Below, one piece after another: positions 21,788 through 33,500 of a stretch of DNA of 64,000 nucleotides. Source of the DNA: Amoebophrya sp. A120. Its lineage: Eukaryota > Protista > Dinoflagellata. Position 1 is the stretch's first letter. Each line of letters begins with the position of its first letter. The notes below the pieces were generated by a model. The model was not told the DNA's origin and searched no databases. It worked only from the letters and a program-made list of their open reading frames with translations. The stretch is taken from assembly GCA_905178155.1 (NCBI GenBank), contig CAJINV010000006.1, forward strand, positions 2,458,658 through 2,522,657. The letters are read 5' to 3'. The translations under genes and the position numbers were made by a program.

Positions 21788-24700
21788 TTATTCTTCATTC
21801 GTGCTATTTTTCCCTGCAAAGAACTCCCGAGCGCGCAAGACTTCCGCGACAGCGTCTGGGTCGCCGAAAAAGCCCAGTTTGGAAACGGCCCCGGGAGAGT
21901 CAGGATCTTCGGCGTACCGCACGAGCGCTCCCCGTACCCGGAGCAGGGTTCGCAGGGTTTCTTTGCCAACATCTTTATCGCCATCCTTTCCATTCACGTA
22001 TTCGTGCATGTTATCAAGTGCAAAAATGTCTGGGTCTGGAAGATTGCGAGACTTGTCATGCTTGTCTGGCATGACCAAAAAGCTTGTGATGCGCGTTCAA
22101 GAAGAGATCCTTTTGCCTGTCATGCAAAAACGCACTTTGTCATGCGAAAAACGCAAAACAAAGAGGCGCAGACATTTCTCATGCTTGGCTGTGCATTACA
22201 GAGCATTCACTATTCCCAACGCAGCATTACAAGTTTCAGACCCAGACACTTTTACATTTGATACATGTACACGAAACACGACTCAACGCACATGTTGTGA
22301 AGCCTTGCCGGTGCCGCGAAGACAGCTCGATCTGCAGAAGTCGCAAAGGCGTCTGCAGAAGCGAGACCACTTAGTACAAACAATATTTCTGCAACGGACG
22401 CATACGTCTCTTGAATCTGAGAGGCGGAGGGGAGGAACCAGTCGCGAAGTCGTGTTCCAGGGCCGTGCGCTGCGGCTGCGGGAGGAGATGAAGAAGAAAT
22501 AAAGGCGTGTATTCCGCCGCGCGGGTCGTTCTTTTCTCGGAACACCTCCGAAAACTGCGCGACTCTATTACAGTGAAAAATGCCCCCACCCCTAAAGTTT
22601 GATGCGAAGTTTCTAAATGAAAAGTTTTTGTCATGCATGAAAGGAGTATCAATCTTTCTGATGCATTTTCTAGGCGAGTATCGCATCGCTTTTGTGACAA
22701 GCGCCGCTCTTGCTGGGGTCTTTTGCAATACAAATTTTTGCTATTTACGATTGGAAACCTGTGATGCTGATGGATGCAAGAGGGCGAGTGTTTCATTTGG
22801 AAAGGTTTGCAATACAAACGTTCCCAAGTTCGGGGGCGGTGGGGGCATTTTTCATTGTAATAGACTCTATACATCCCGTACTGCGAGTGCGGGACGTCGT
22901 CGAGGTCTGGCGTGAAGCGGAGGAGAATATGGCGCTCTCAAACGTTACATTCTCAACTGTTAGATGAATTTGTGATGCAGGGGCCGCAACAGTCAAAGGC
23001 GCAAGCTTGCTGCTTTCGCATCACAGATTTGGCACCGATTTAGATGCTGTTTCGCCCTTCGGAGATTTGTCATGCGAAGCAGCTTGATCATCTACCGGGG
23101 GCTCAAGGTAGTTTTGCATGACAAATTCATGTAACAGTTGAGAACAAGGTAACCGATTTGAGAACACCATAGAGAAACGGGTCCGCGTTGGTCAGCGAGC
23201 TCCAGCGGCCACGCAGCCCCGTTTTCCTTCCGTCGGAATCCACCTCGTCCAAGTCAAAGAGCGCGGTGACCGGCCTGACCAACGCTTTTGGCGGCGGGTT
23301 TTCTAGCAGCCTCGGATCAACGTCGAGGCCACGGGCTAACCGCTCTTCCTCGTCGAACTGGGCATCGACCTCTCGAAATAACCGCTCCTCATGTATGGGA
23401 GTGTCTTCAGGATCGAAATCGACAAAATCGAAAAATTTGTAATGCATAAAATGTAGGGCACATAAGGCCTGTGTTGGAGACGAGGCGGCAAATGAGACCG
23501 ATTGCAAGCTTGTTTAGCCCTACACATGTACTGCCAGAGTAGCATGACTACAGGCGCAGTCTTCTTTGCCTACACAACATGACAGACTGGGTTTTGGTGC
23601 TCCCAAAATTTGTCATGCGCCACTTGGAAACTGAGGCTCCAAGAACTGGTATCGATTTTATGCAACGTCACAAATTATTTCGATTTATGTTGATTTCGAT
23701 CCTGACGCTTCCGTATCATGTGGGTCCACTGTAGGAGTGGAGAAGATTCGAGAGTGCGCGGCTTCAGCCACCGCCTGCAAGCGTTGTCGCCAAGTAGTAG
23801 TTGCTGTTGTTGTTTTTCCCGGGGATAAATCGTCGGGCGAGCGGCCACCCGTCCTCGCGGGTTCTTCTTCGTGATGATCTTCACGAGGCAGAAGCGACAG
23901 TAAATCCTTTAGCGAGCTTGCGCTTTTGAGATACTGGTCCAGTAGAGAGAGGGGGGCGTTCCACGGGACGTAGTAGGGCCGCCCAAATACCGGGCAGAAG
24001 GCCGGCGGCTTGCAAACAGGCTCGAGACGAGCCCACGGCTGCCGGTCGAGGGAGCCCTCGGACAAAGAGAACGCAGGTGGCCCAGCACTGCACGCACATC
24101 CTAGCAGGTCTCCGACTTTCACTGTTGTGCGCTGCTGCTCCTCTTTTTCTTCTTGGTGTAGTTGTTTCTGTCCTTCTTCCTTGATGTTGTTCTCCTTGTT
24201 CTGACCGGAGGAGTCACTCGTGGTTTTCACGACGGACCCAGCCGTTTTTTGTACAAAGTCCGACGATTTAAGCGGAAACTCATCTCCGCTTTTCGTTTCA
24301 CCTGCTTGTTCATCTGCCGATAATGCTGAAGCCGATGAGAGCGCCGTTGAATTCAGAAACGAAGATTTTTCTTCATCAACCTGCTGCAGCACTACTTGAT
24401 CTGCTTGTCCACCTCGCACAAGGATCATAGAAGAACGTGACGCAGCTGTTGGTGCAGCCCTTGAAGATGATGATGTAGTTTCTAAACTGCTAGTACCGCT
24501 TGTAGTTCTTCTACTGCCCCGGAGATTCGGACGGTGATGCGGAGGAATGTTGGAATTTTCATTTTCAACAAGAAGTGCATGATCTTCTTCGCGATCCTTT
24601 CCAAGCGGCTGGTCTTGGTGTAAAAGTTCTGGCTCGAGGACCACTATGCAAGAAAAAAACTGTGTAAGTGTAAGTTTCTTGGAGGAATAGCTTGCCCTGC

Positions 24701-26095
24701 ATGACACGGAAAACCTGTCATGCGTAGCTAGTCTTTGAAAACAGCACATACGAAAGTAGCCACTCTGATGCAAGTCCAGCATGACAAGTGTAAGAACAGT
24801 TTTGCATTTTCTGCAACACAAAGTTACACTTACACAGTGGTTTTTTTCTTGGATACCAACTTCTTGCTGTTCTTGTTCCGGCTTCTCCGAGGCGACGTCC
24901 ACGTCCTCAGCGTCTTCATCTTCAACAGGCTCTTCGAAAATAACCTCGTCGTCGCCTTCCTCGTCCATTGTTCTCGGAGCAGGTTGTACCCCCCCAGCTC
25001 TAGCGCCTGCTGCCCCAACTTCAAGAGCGGCGCGCCCGGACGCGGCTGGCGCAGAAGTGGCCTGATTGATGGCGCTGGGTGTTCTAGTTGTACTACTCTC
25101 TTCATTATCAAAAGTAAAAATGTCTGGGTCTGGAAACTTGTAATGCTGGGTGGCGTCTCATGATGAGGCTACAAATGCTGGCTCAGCATGACAAGTCTCT
25201 GAGCTCCTAGGTGTTGCCTATTCTGCATGACAAACTGCGCTTCTGCATCACAGAAAAACGGAGCTCTTGGGTAACGTGCATGACAGATTTAAGAGTCATG
25301 CCAGACAAGCATGACAAACATGAATTCTTCCAGGAGACCCAGACATTTTCACAGTTGATATTCATCGACGTCGAAGAGCTGCGCATCTTCGGAGGACTAT
25401 GGCGTTCTCAACTGTTACATTCTCAAGTGTTACGTGAATTTGTGATGGAAGAATGGCACAAGTGATAGGAGAGATCTTGCGCGTCTTGCATGACACATCT
25501 GGCGCCGATTATCGTCCTGCTTGGCCCTCTGAGAATTTGTCATGCGAAGCAGCTTGATGGTGTAGATTCTGAAGGCAATTCTGCATGACAAATCATGTAA
25601 CAGTTCAGAATGTAACGTTTGAGAACGCCATAAGGACGGCAGATGACTGATGTACGAACTGGCACGACCGTGTGCAGTTTTCATCATACTTGTTTTTCCT
25701 TCGCCTGCAGGAAGAACATCATCTTGATCTTCATCGTCAAAGAAGTCCTCATCGGGCGCTGCTGGGGCTGTTGTAGTCGGCTTATGACTTCTTGGCAGCT
25801 TCTGCTCTTTGTCTTCCTCGTTCGACCCCGTGCTGGTGGTTGTAGTTTCCCCGCCGCCCCGCACGTCGACGTCGCTTTCAGTAGTTGTACTTATTTCCAG
25901 AGCAGTTGCTCTGCTAAAGAGTAGCGTCTTCTCCTGCAGCAGCGCCGGCGCACCAAGGAAGATGAAAAGGAGGAGCAAATAACAGAAGCGGCGTGCAACA
26001 CCGTCGAGGACCGCAGTAGCTGTAGTAGTGCGACCAGCGCCGGCAGAAGACGTTGGCGTCTTCCTCGCCGAGGGGACCACAAGAAGGACCAACAT
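21788..26095 (-). CDS. Hypothetical membrane/secreted low-complexity protein; 8 exons, 7 introners
   Basis: Hydrophobic N-terminal segment (FCYLLLLFIFLGAPALL); frame continuous at the junctions I translated, ending at the stop at 21788; start codon uncertain. Confidence 0.7.
22012..22263. mobile_element. Introner family A
   Basis: A TIRs; DR catgt/catgt. Confidence 0.92.
22566..22862. mobile_element. Introner family F
   Basis: TATTACAGTGAAAAATGCCCCCACC...GGTGGGGGCATTTTTCATTGTAATA; DR gactc/gactc. Confidence 0.92.
22928..23171. mobile_element. Introner family D
   Basis: TATGGCGCTCTCAAACGTTACATTCTC...GAGAACACCATA; DR gagaa/gagaa. Confidence 0.9.
23394..23715. mobile_element. Introner family E
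   Basis: E TIRs; DR tcatg/tcatg. Confidence 0.9.
24645..24855. mobile_element. Introner family L (G-related)
   Basis: TATGCAAGAAAAAAACTGTGTAAGTGTAA...TTACACTTACACAGTGGTTTTTTTCTTGGATA; DR accac/ccaac. Confidence 0.87.
25106..25360. mobile_element. Introner family A
   Basis: DR ttcat/ttcat; near-identical reverse complement of 59889-60140. Confidence 0.93.
25398..25632. mobile_element. Introner family D
   Basis: D TIRs; DR aggac/aggac. Confidence 0.92.
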
Positions 26096-26699
26096 CCTCG
26101 GGTGGAATCAGTTGTAAGTAACAGCAGGAGTGGAGTAGATTTCTTCCTCCTACTGTCTGCCGTGCACGTGCTACGACGACCAGCAGTGAAGCTAGATTAG
26201 CACATCGCAGTCGTTCTGTTGTTGCAGGAGCGAGGGGCGGGTCCCAAAGCAATATGCTCACACTACATTCAACACGTTATTTCTCGATTCTTGATTCGCA
26301 TTCTTTCGATTCACACTTTCAACATCAACTCCCTCCGGCAACTACAACATTTCTGGCCTCCTGAGTCAAATTGTTCTTGCAGACAGGCAGATAGGTGACG
26401 ATTGGCGTTCTTGCGTCTTACTCTTACCCTCGATAGACAGGAGCGGGCTGCTCTTGCACTTCATCTAAGCTAACAGCCATTCGAGGCGATCTCAACCACT
26501 CCGCTCTTTTGCAAGCCTCGCTCGGCGGTCTATTCCAGTTTCACGAATAAAATGCATGACGTGCCCTTTTTTTCTATCTCTAGAGCCATGCTTCTGTTTC
26601 TACTATTCGATAGTAGGAGAAGCTTTTAGCGTAGTAGGAGAAGGTGAATAGTAAGAAAATAAGACCTAAACTTGTATCTTTTCGCACGGGCATAGTCTA

Positions 26700-27210
26700 G
26701 GGCTCGCATGACGTCGAAAATCGGCGAGAATTCAATCGCCTTTTGCTCCTGCCTGCGGCGGGTAGTTTCACTGGAACAAGAAAACGAGGCGTCACGACTG
26801 CGAGCGCCAAGGGAAGAGGTAGTGAATCTTTTTATAATCTTGCAAAACAACCTTTTTCCTGCCCCTGGTGCTGTACAAAAACACGGCACAAACAGGCGTA
26901 GTGTTTCCATAATGCAACTTGATGAAATTGGACAAGTATTATTCCCTTGTTTCGTATTCCTGTTCGTAATGGTGCGGCATTCGACTTTAATTGTTTTTTT
27001 ATTTGTTTTCTCGATTCTTAATATTCGTAAGCAAAAAGTTTAAACTCACCTTCTGCACGATGAGTGGTTGATCAGAAAGGACAAAGCTCGTCCTCCATCT
27101 TTCGTTGTCTTACTAGATACGTGGTTCTTTACCAGTAAAATTGCAGTTGAAAGTCACCTTAATAATTCCCTATGTTGTCAGTAGGTGTCATCGAAGATTT
27201 CAACAAAAAG
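26700..27210. repeat. Intergenic ~0.5-kb segment, copy 2
   Basis: Colinear similarity to 21232-21769. Confidence 0.85.
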
Positions 27211-27509
27211 CCCGACAAATTTCGACGTGTAGCCGCCCCGATCGCTTTTTTCAAACCTGCACCATGTTGAGAAGCGAAGGCACACGCTGCAGGATTCTTG
27301 CAATAAACGATAAATCTATACATAGAATCTTGCTGGCGGCAAGAAAAGTTTAGTAATAAGGACCAATCAACCTTTTTGGTATCAAATTGTACCGAAGGTT
27401 TCATTTGGTATTGGTTGTAAAAAAATTCAGAAAATTGATTCTCTTAAACTATGTATCATGCGTACGACATGACCGCTTGGTACTAAAGGAGAATCCATGA
27501 TGATCCTCG

Positions 27510-30500
27510 TCACGCCCCAATCTCCTTCAAATTTTCTAACTGCAAGTTCAACAGATAGTCCAACTTCCTCCCCATCTTTTCGTTCAGCTTAAACCGCCTG
27601 GCAAAGTCCTTGGCCGCCTGCTCCGGTTTTTGTCCCCGGAACAAGACGAGGCGCTCCGTTTGCGTGGGAGAGATGTTCACGTCGACGTACAGGAGGACTT
27701 TGCTGTGCGAGTTGGCGTAAGAACTTTGCTCTTCATCTTCGCTATCAACTCCACTTCTTCCGGGCATCGGCGGCACTTCGCGGAGTCGGGAACTGGAATT
27801 GTAGTTGTCAAAATTTCTATCTGCGGATCGTCTCACGGACACCTCATGCCGCAACTTTGCTCTCTTCCTATCCCGATCAGAACTGCGGCCGGTCGATCCT
27901 GCTCCGCGGGCGCTGCTGCTCGGAGGGTAGTCGTAGTTGTATCTATTTTCAACATCGTCTCGTCTTCTGTTCCTCCTAGCTGCCTGGGGAGCGGGAGATA
28001 CCGTAGCGGATCTCGATGTTTATCAAATGTAAAAATGTCTGGGTCTGGAAGGATGCGAACTTGTCATGCTGTCTTTGGATTCCAAAAAAATCTGTATTGC
28101 GTGACCAGCAACAGGAGTACAGTTTGTGTTACGCGGAGGCGGAGATGGAATTTCTCATGCGGAATAGGCACTAGGGAGCCTTCTAAAAATCTGTGATGCT
28201 AGATCATGCATTACATGCATCATGGATCATACAAGATATGCATCACAAATCCCGAAATCTTCCAGACCCAGACATTTTTGCAATCCATAATGTTGGTCCG
28301 TATTTCATGTTGACGCTGGAGTTGTCCAGATCTGAATTGCCATGAATTTCTTCTACTTCATCCTCATCTTCGCTGGCGCCGTACAATTCCTGATCTATCC
28401 TCCGATAATACTCGTCGTCAAATTTCTGCTGCAACTTCCCCCGTGGCGGCGGCGAAAATTGCGGGTCGTGGCGGTAGCGCTCGTGGTAAGAACTGTGTAG
28501 AACTTTGCTCACGCCCCCGCGGCCGCGTGCTGGTGGACTACTGCTGTGCTGCCTTTTGTTCTTTCTCCGAAAAACTTGGCTCGGGTACGCATGCTTGGGC
28601 GGGAAACGCTCTTCTTGAAACCTGTGGCCGGTAAAAGATGAATTTTTATTGCATATTTGCTTCTGTGTACTTACTTACAAATTAAAACCGATAGAGATCT
28701 TTACTGCCCAGCATGTTCTTCATCTTCGTAAATCCACATCACAAGACAGTGACACCATGTTGCACATCTACGCATCACAAATTGAGGATGTCGTCGTTTA
28801 GTATCAAATTAGAATACCTTCTCAACTCCGACTTCTCATCAAAGGCCCTTCTCATGCGTAATGTCACCTCGTCGTACCCGGGTGGCGTTTTTGCCCGCTG
28901 CACCACATGTACGATCTCCGACGAGTTACTTTATGAGAGTGCACAACTCCCCCTCCCCCTCATTTGTATTGCATGAACAGCACTACAAACACCACCATAC
29001 GTGGAGCCTGTGCATGACAAATTCATGCGCCTCGTGTAGTACCGTTTGGGCTTCCCGAATCTGTCATGCAAACAGTACGACCACAGGAAAACCAAAACAC
29101 TTGGATTTGGGGTTTTGCATGACAAGTGAGGGGGAGGGGGAGTTGTGCACTCTCATATATTCTGTGCGCCGTTCAGAAGAAGTTGTTGCTTCAAGTAGTC
29201 TTTTCGAACAATCGACTTCTTCTTCATATTGGGCTTGAACGTGCACTATGCATTGCAAATCTGTCTGCGTCTGGAACAAAGGTGGAGCTTGTCATGCTAA
29301 GTCTGGACTTCTGTGCACAAATCTGTATTGCATGATTGCCAAAAGTTGTCCAGCACTTTTGACCGAGCCGAAAGGGAGTTTCTCCTGCAGGACAGGAATG
29401 ATCGAGACCACCTCACAGAATCTGTCATGCCGGGTCCTGCATGCCAGACCCCGTGCGTCGTGGAAAATTTGCATCACAAGTGTTGCAATTTTCCAGACCC
29501 AGACGTATTCGCAGTTGATATGCACTCTTTCAGCAGCTTTGCCTTGTTGAACTCTTTCGCCTGCTGGATCGTTGTTTGCTTTTTCTCTTTCAACATCATA
29601 CCCCTCTCATACAGTTGCTCGTAATTCGCCGGCTGGAGGTTCTTTCTCGTAGTCGTTCTCTTCGGATTATTTGCTCCTGCTGCAGCTGCTATCTTGTTGC
29701 TGTATTTGTCCCAGGTGGCTGTTGCAGTGTCTTTTGACCCCGTGGCGCTGTCGTCTGGTGTGATCAGAATCTTATCGTGATTCAGCTGCTTAGTCACGTT
29801 TGTTTTTCCGAAGTTTTTTTTCGAGTGCACGATCACATTCCTGGCTCCGCTCGAACTACTGCTTCCACCTCCTACGATGTTGCTACCACCCTCCTGGTGC
29901 GCACCGCTGCTTAATTGTCGTCCCTTAGTAGTACCTGCACTTGCACCCCCAGCACCTCCTCCCACCGTGTAGGTTCTGTCCGGCCGAAACGTGCATTCTC
30001 TGTTTCTTTCCCTTTCCAATTCTTTTTTCGCGAGCTGTTTCTTCTCCTCCGATTTCTGCTTCCGCCACAGCATCAGGTCCACGTGCGTCATCATACCGCT
30101 CTCCTTTTGTTGCTTTTTGGTCACTTTGTTCGCCAGGATTTCTTGTTGCCGGCTCTGCCTCTGGTGTTGTCCTTTATTGTTTTTCAAAAACGACGCAGGA
30201 GTGGTTTGTGTTGCGGGCTGCGCATGAAGATTCGACTGTTTCATCTTCATTGCCGTCGACGAAGAGGACTCTTTGTTCACTTTATTGCTCTCCGGAAGTA
30301 GTTCCTCCTCCGCGGCACTGTAATACGCGTTGTTGGTAGTGCTGTTACTCATTGCAACTCCCGCCGCGTTCTGCTGCTGATAGTTGTTGTGCAAGCGGTT
30401 GAAGTAGAGCGGGTAGAACTCCTGCCGTAACTTACTCGGATTGTATCTCGCGACCAAATCCCGGACTCGGCTCGTGGAAACAACTGGAACTTCTGGGGGA

Positions 30501-33500
30501 TTGTCGTGGTTTTCTTTTTCATTTTTACTAGCATCTTCACCGCCCTTCGTGTGGTTATTTGAAGACGTTCTTCCCAGCATGGAGGGCGCAGAGGCGAGGG
30601 AAGGGATCTGCTGTTTTATGTTGTCCATTATCTTCGCGTCTTGTCCATTCTCCTCTTCATTTCGCAACGTTTTGAATGTCTCCTCATCCACCGCACCCAT
30701 CAAAACGTGGAAAAAAACCGTCAGAGACAGCAAGTCCGTGTGTCCGGTTGCTTCCGGGTCCAGGTAGCGCCACAGGGAGAGTTTCAGCGATTCGTTTACA
30801 GAGTTCAGAAGGTTGGCATTTTCTGGCTGCAGGTGCTTGTTAATTCCTGTAGTTGCGCTACTAGAGGAAGAGGAGGACGTTGCGTTCGCAGGATGGGTGG
30901 GTTTCAAGCAACCCATTTTTTCCAGAAACACTCTATGGGAGTGCCAGGATGGAAATCGACAAAGTTAAAACAACTTGTAATGCATAAAATCGATACCAAT
31001 TGGACACCCGGCCCACGGTTTCTAGTCGGTGCATGACAAATTTTGTCCGTACCGGAAGCCAGCTTGTCATGATGTTTAGGGCAAAGGGGCTCCCCTCTGT
31101 GATCCTAATCAGCAGCCCAATGCTCGACCCTTACCAGCACTACTATCTACCTCCCTTGCGTCCTCTGCAATAGAGGCAATTTTTGCGGTGCATTTTATGC
31201 GTGACAAACTATTTCAACTTTGATGATTTCGATCCTGACAGTTCCATACACTCCCAAATCGGAGTAAACGAGCTCGGACGTCGTGCCGGTGGAAGAACTC
31301 GATCCTGTTTTAGGATGAGTCATGAGATGATGCGCAGCTGTTGTACTACTTTTTACCTATTGCAACGTGGTCATCATCACAGAAGCAGGAGAGCAGTGTT
31401 CCATGCTGAATTTCGTCATGTGTAAAAACCAAATGGCCGCAGACTCAAAGCAAGAACTAGAATGAACATACAATCCATGTCTTTATTATACTCGGTCCCA
31501 GCTCCCTTCCGTTCTCCCGCGTTTTCACGGCAAATTCAAACGCTTCCCGCATATCCATTGCATAAACGTCTGCGTCTGGCTTTGTGATGCTACATGTGTA
31601 TGGTAAACACAGCTGTAATGCATGAATACGATTAACAACATTTTTTGTCGTGCTGGAAGCCAGGTAGTTGTCATGCGTTTCAGGAATGGATGTGCAAGAA
31701 GCCTCGCAGAATTTCTGATGCTATTATGCCGCACACGGAGCCACTACACAACGCAAGTATCAGCAACACAAATTTCCAGACCCAGCCATATTTGCAATGC
31801 ATACCGAACTTTCTTCTCCAGCATGTGCCAGTAGTACCGTCTACTTCGCGCTGAGCAGAGTTTATTCGCGCGGTTCGACAGCATCTCTTCCCGTCGGAGT
31901 TCGAGTTCCTTCTCCCTTAATCTCTCCTTCCGGTTCTTCGCGTCGTTGTACAGCAGATCGGAGCACTTTTTCGCGTTCAATTGTTGCAGATTTTGCAGTT
32001 TCTGTTCCGCGGATTTATTTTGGGGTTTATTTGAGGTAGTTGCAAAACCAGGCTTGGTCGTGGAAGAAGAGGATTTCTTGCTGCTTTCCACGTTTTCGTC
32101 TCCAGCAAGTTGTTCCTCATGATCTCCCTCATCGTGCTCGTGGTCGTCATTTTTCTCTTCCGCGGTAGTTGCAACGATCTCCTCCACCGTCGTTTTGGAC
32201 CTATCCTTCTCCCGATTTTTTTCCTTCTGGTCCTGATCTATCATTTTCTCCAACAACCCTGTTTTCGCAGTTTGCGCGATCGTGTAAGCGGAATACAATC
32301 TGTCATAAACGTTGTTTCCGTGCGCAAATTCATCCTCCACAAACATGTCGGCACTTCGGTGGCTGTGCCCACCCGCGTGCTGCTTCGCGTACTCGGAGAT
32401 GGTTGGTTTGTGGGTGCATTCCTTGTACACTTCTTGCTCTAGTTCCTTCCTTCTTTTCCGCCTTTCGTTGTTCTGCTGCTCCAGGGAATTCGCCACGTAA
32501 TCTTCCACGTTTTTGTAATTCCTATCAAATGCAAATAGGTCTCGGTCTGGGTCTGGAAATTGCATTCGTGGAAAATCTGTGTTGCATGAGCAGCAAGAGG
32601 GGCCTCCCTTGTCATGCAAAAACGCAATTTGTAGTGCGCGCTAGGCATCAATAGGCGTCTGAAAAACTTGTCATGCTTGGCTGCCATTGCACGCGCTTCA
32701 ATCATGCGCAACTCAGCATCACAGGTTTCCAGACGCAGACATTTTTGCATTTGATAATTCCTGCGGTGAAACAGAATGTAGTTGTTCAATTCCGAGTTGG
32801 TTTCCGGTTTAAACGTGCACTCCTCTAATTCTTTCTGGACTTATTGCGTGTAAAAACGTCCCCAGTTCCGAGTCAAGATGGAAATTCTGCAACACAAATC
32901 CAGAAGCTTTGCTGGGAGTCGCGCATGGCAAGTTGCTGTCTGTATTGTAAACGTTAATGTAATGCAAATCTGCATGACAAGTCTGGGGATGATGTGGGGA
33001 CGTTTTTAGTTAGGATAGGAGTTGTATCTGCTTCAGCTTTTCAATCCGGGCCTTCCCCTTCAAAAACCGCTGGTGGTCGTAATCGTCTAAATTATATCAA
33101 ATGCAAATATGTCTGGGTCTGGAAGACGAGTCGGGGCTTGTCATGCACATTCTGCATGGCCCGTGAGGTCTGTGATGCTGGTGCTGGCATCACAGATTTT
33201 TTGAGAGCTTGTTGATGCTAATTACGCATGAGAAATGCTCTTTCGTCCGCGTGCCAAGAACTGACTCCTCTTGCTGCCCATGCAACACAGATATTCATAT
33301 TTTTCATATCCGCAGAAAGCATTACAAGTTCCTCTCTTCCAGACCCAGACATATTTGCAGTCGATAAACTATCCGACGGGCGGGCTTGGCGTGCGGACTC
33401 ACTACGGAGCGTCCGGCTGTTGTAACCCGGAGGTGGCCCGCCTCGTCCGCTTTTGTTCCGGCCACGAAATGAAGTTGCGCTCGCCTTGCTACTGCTCTTC

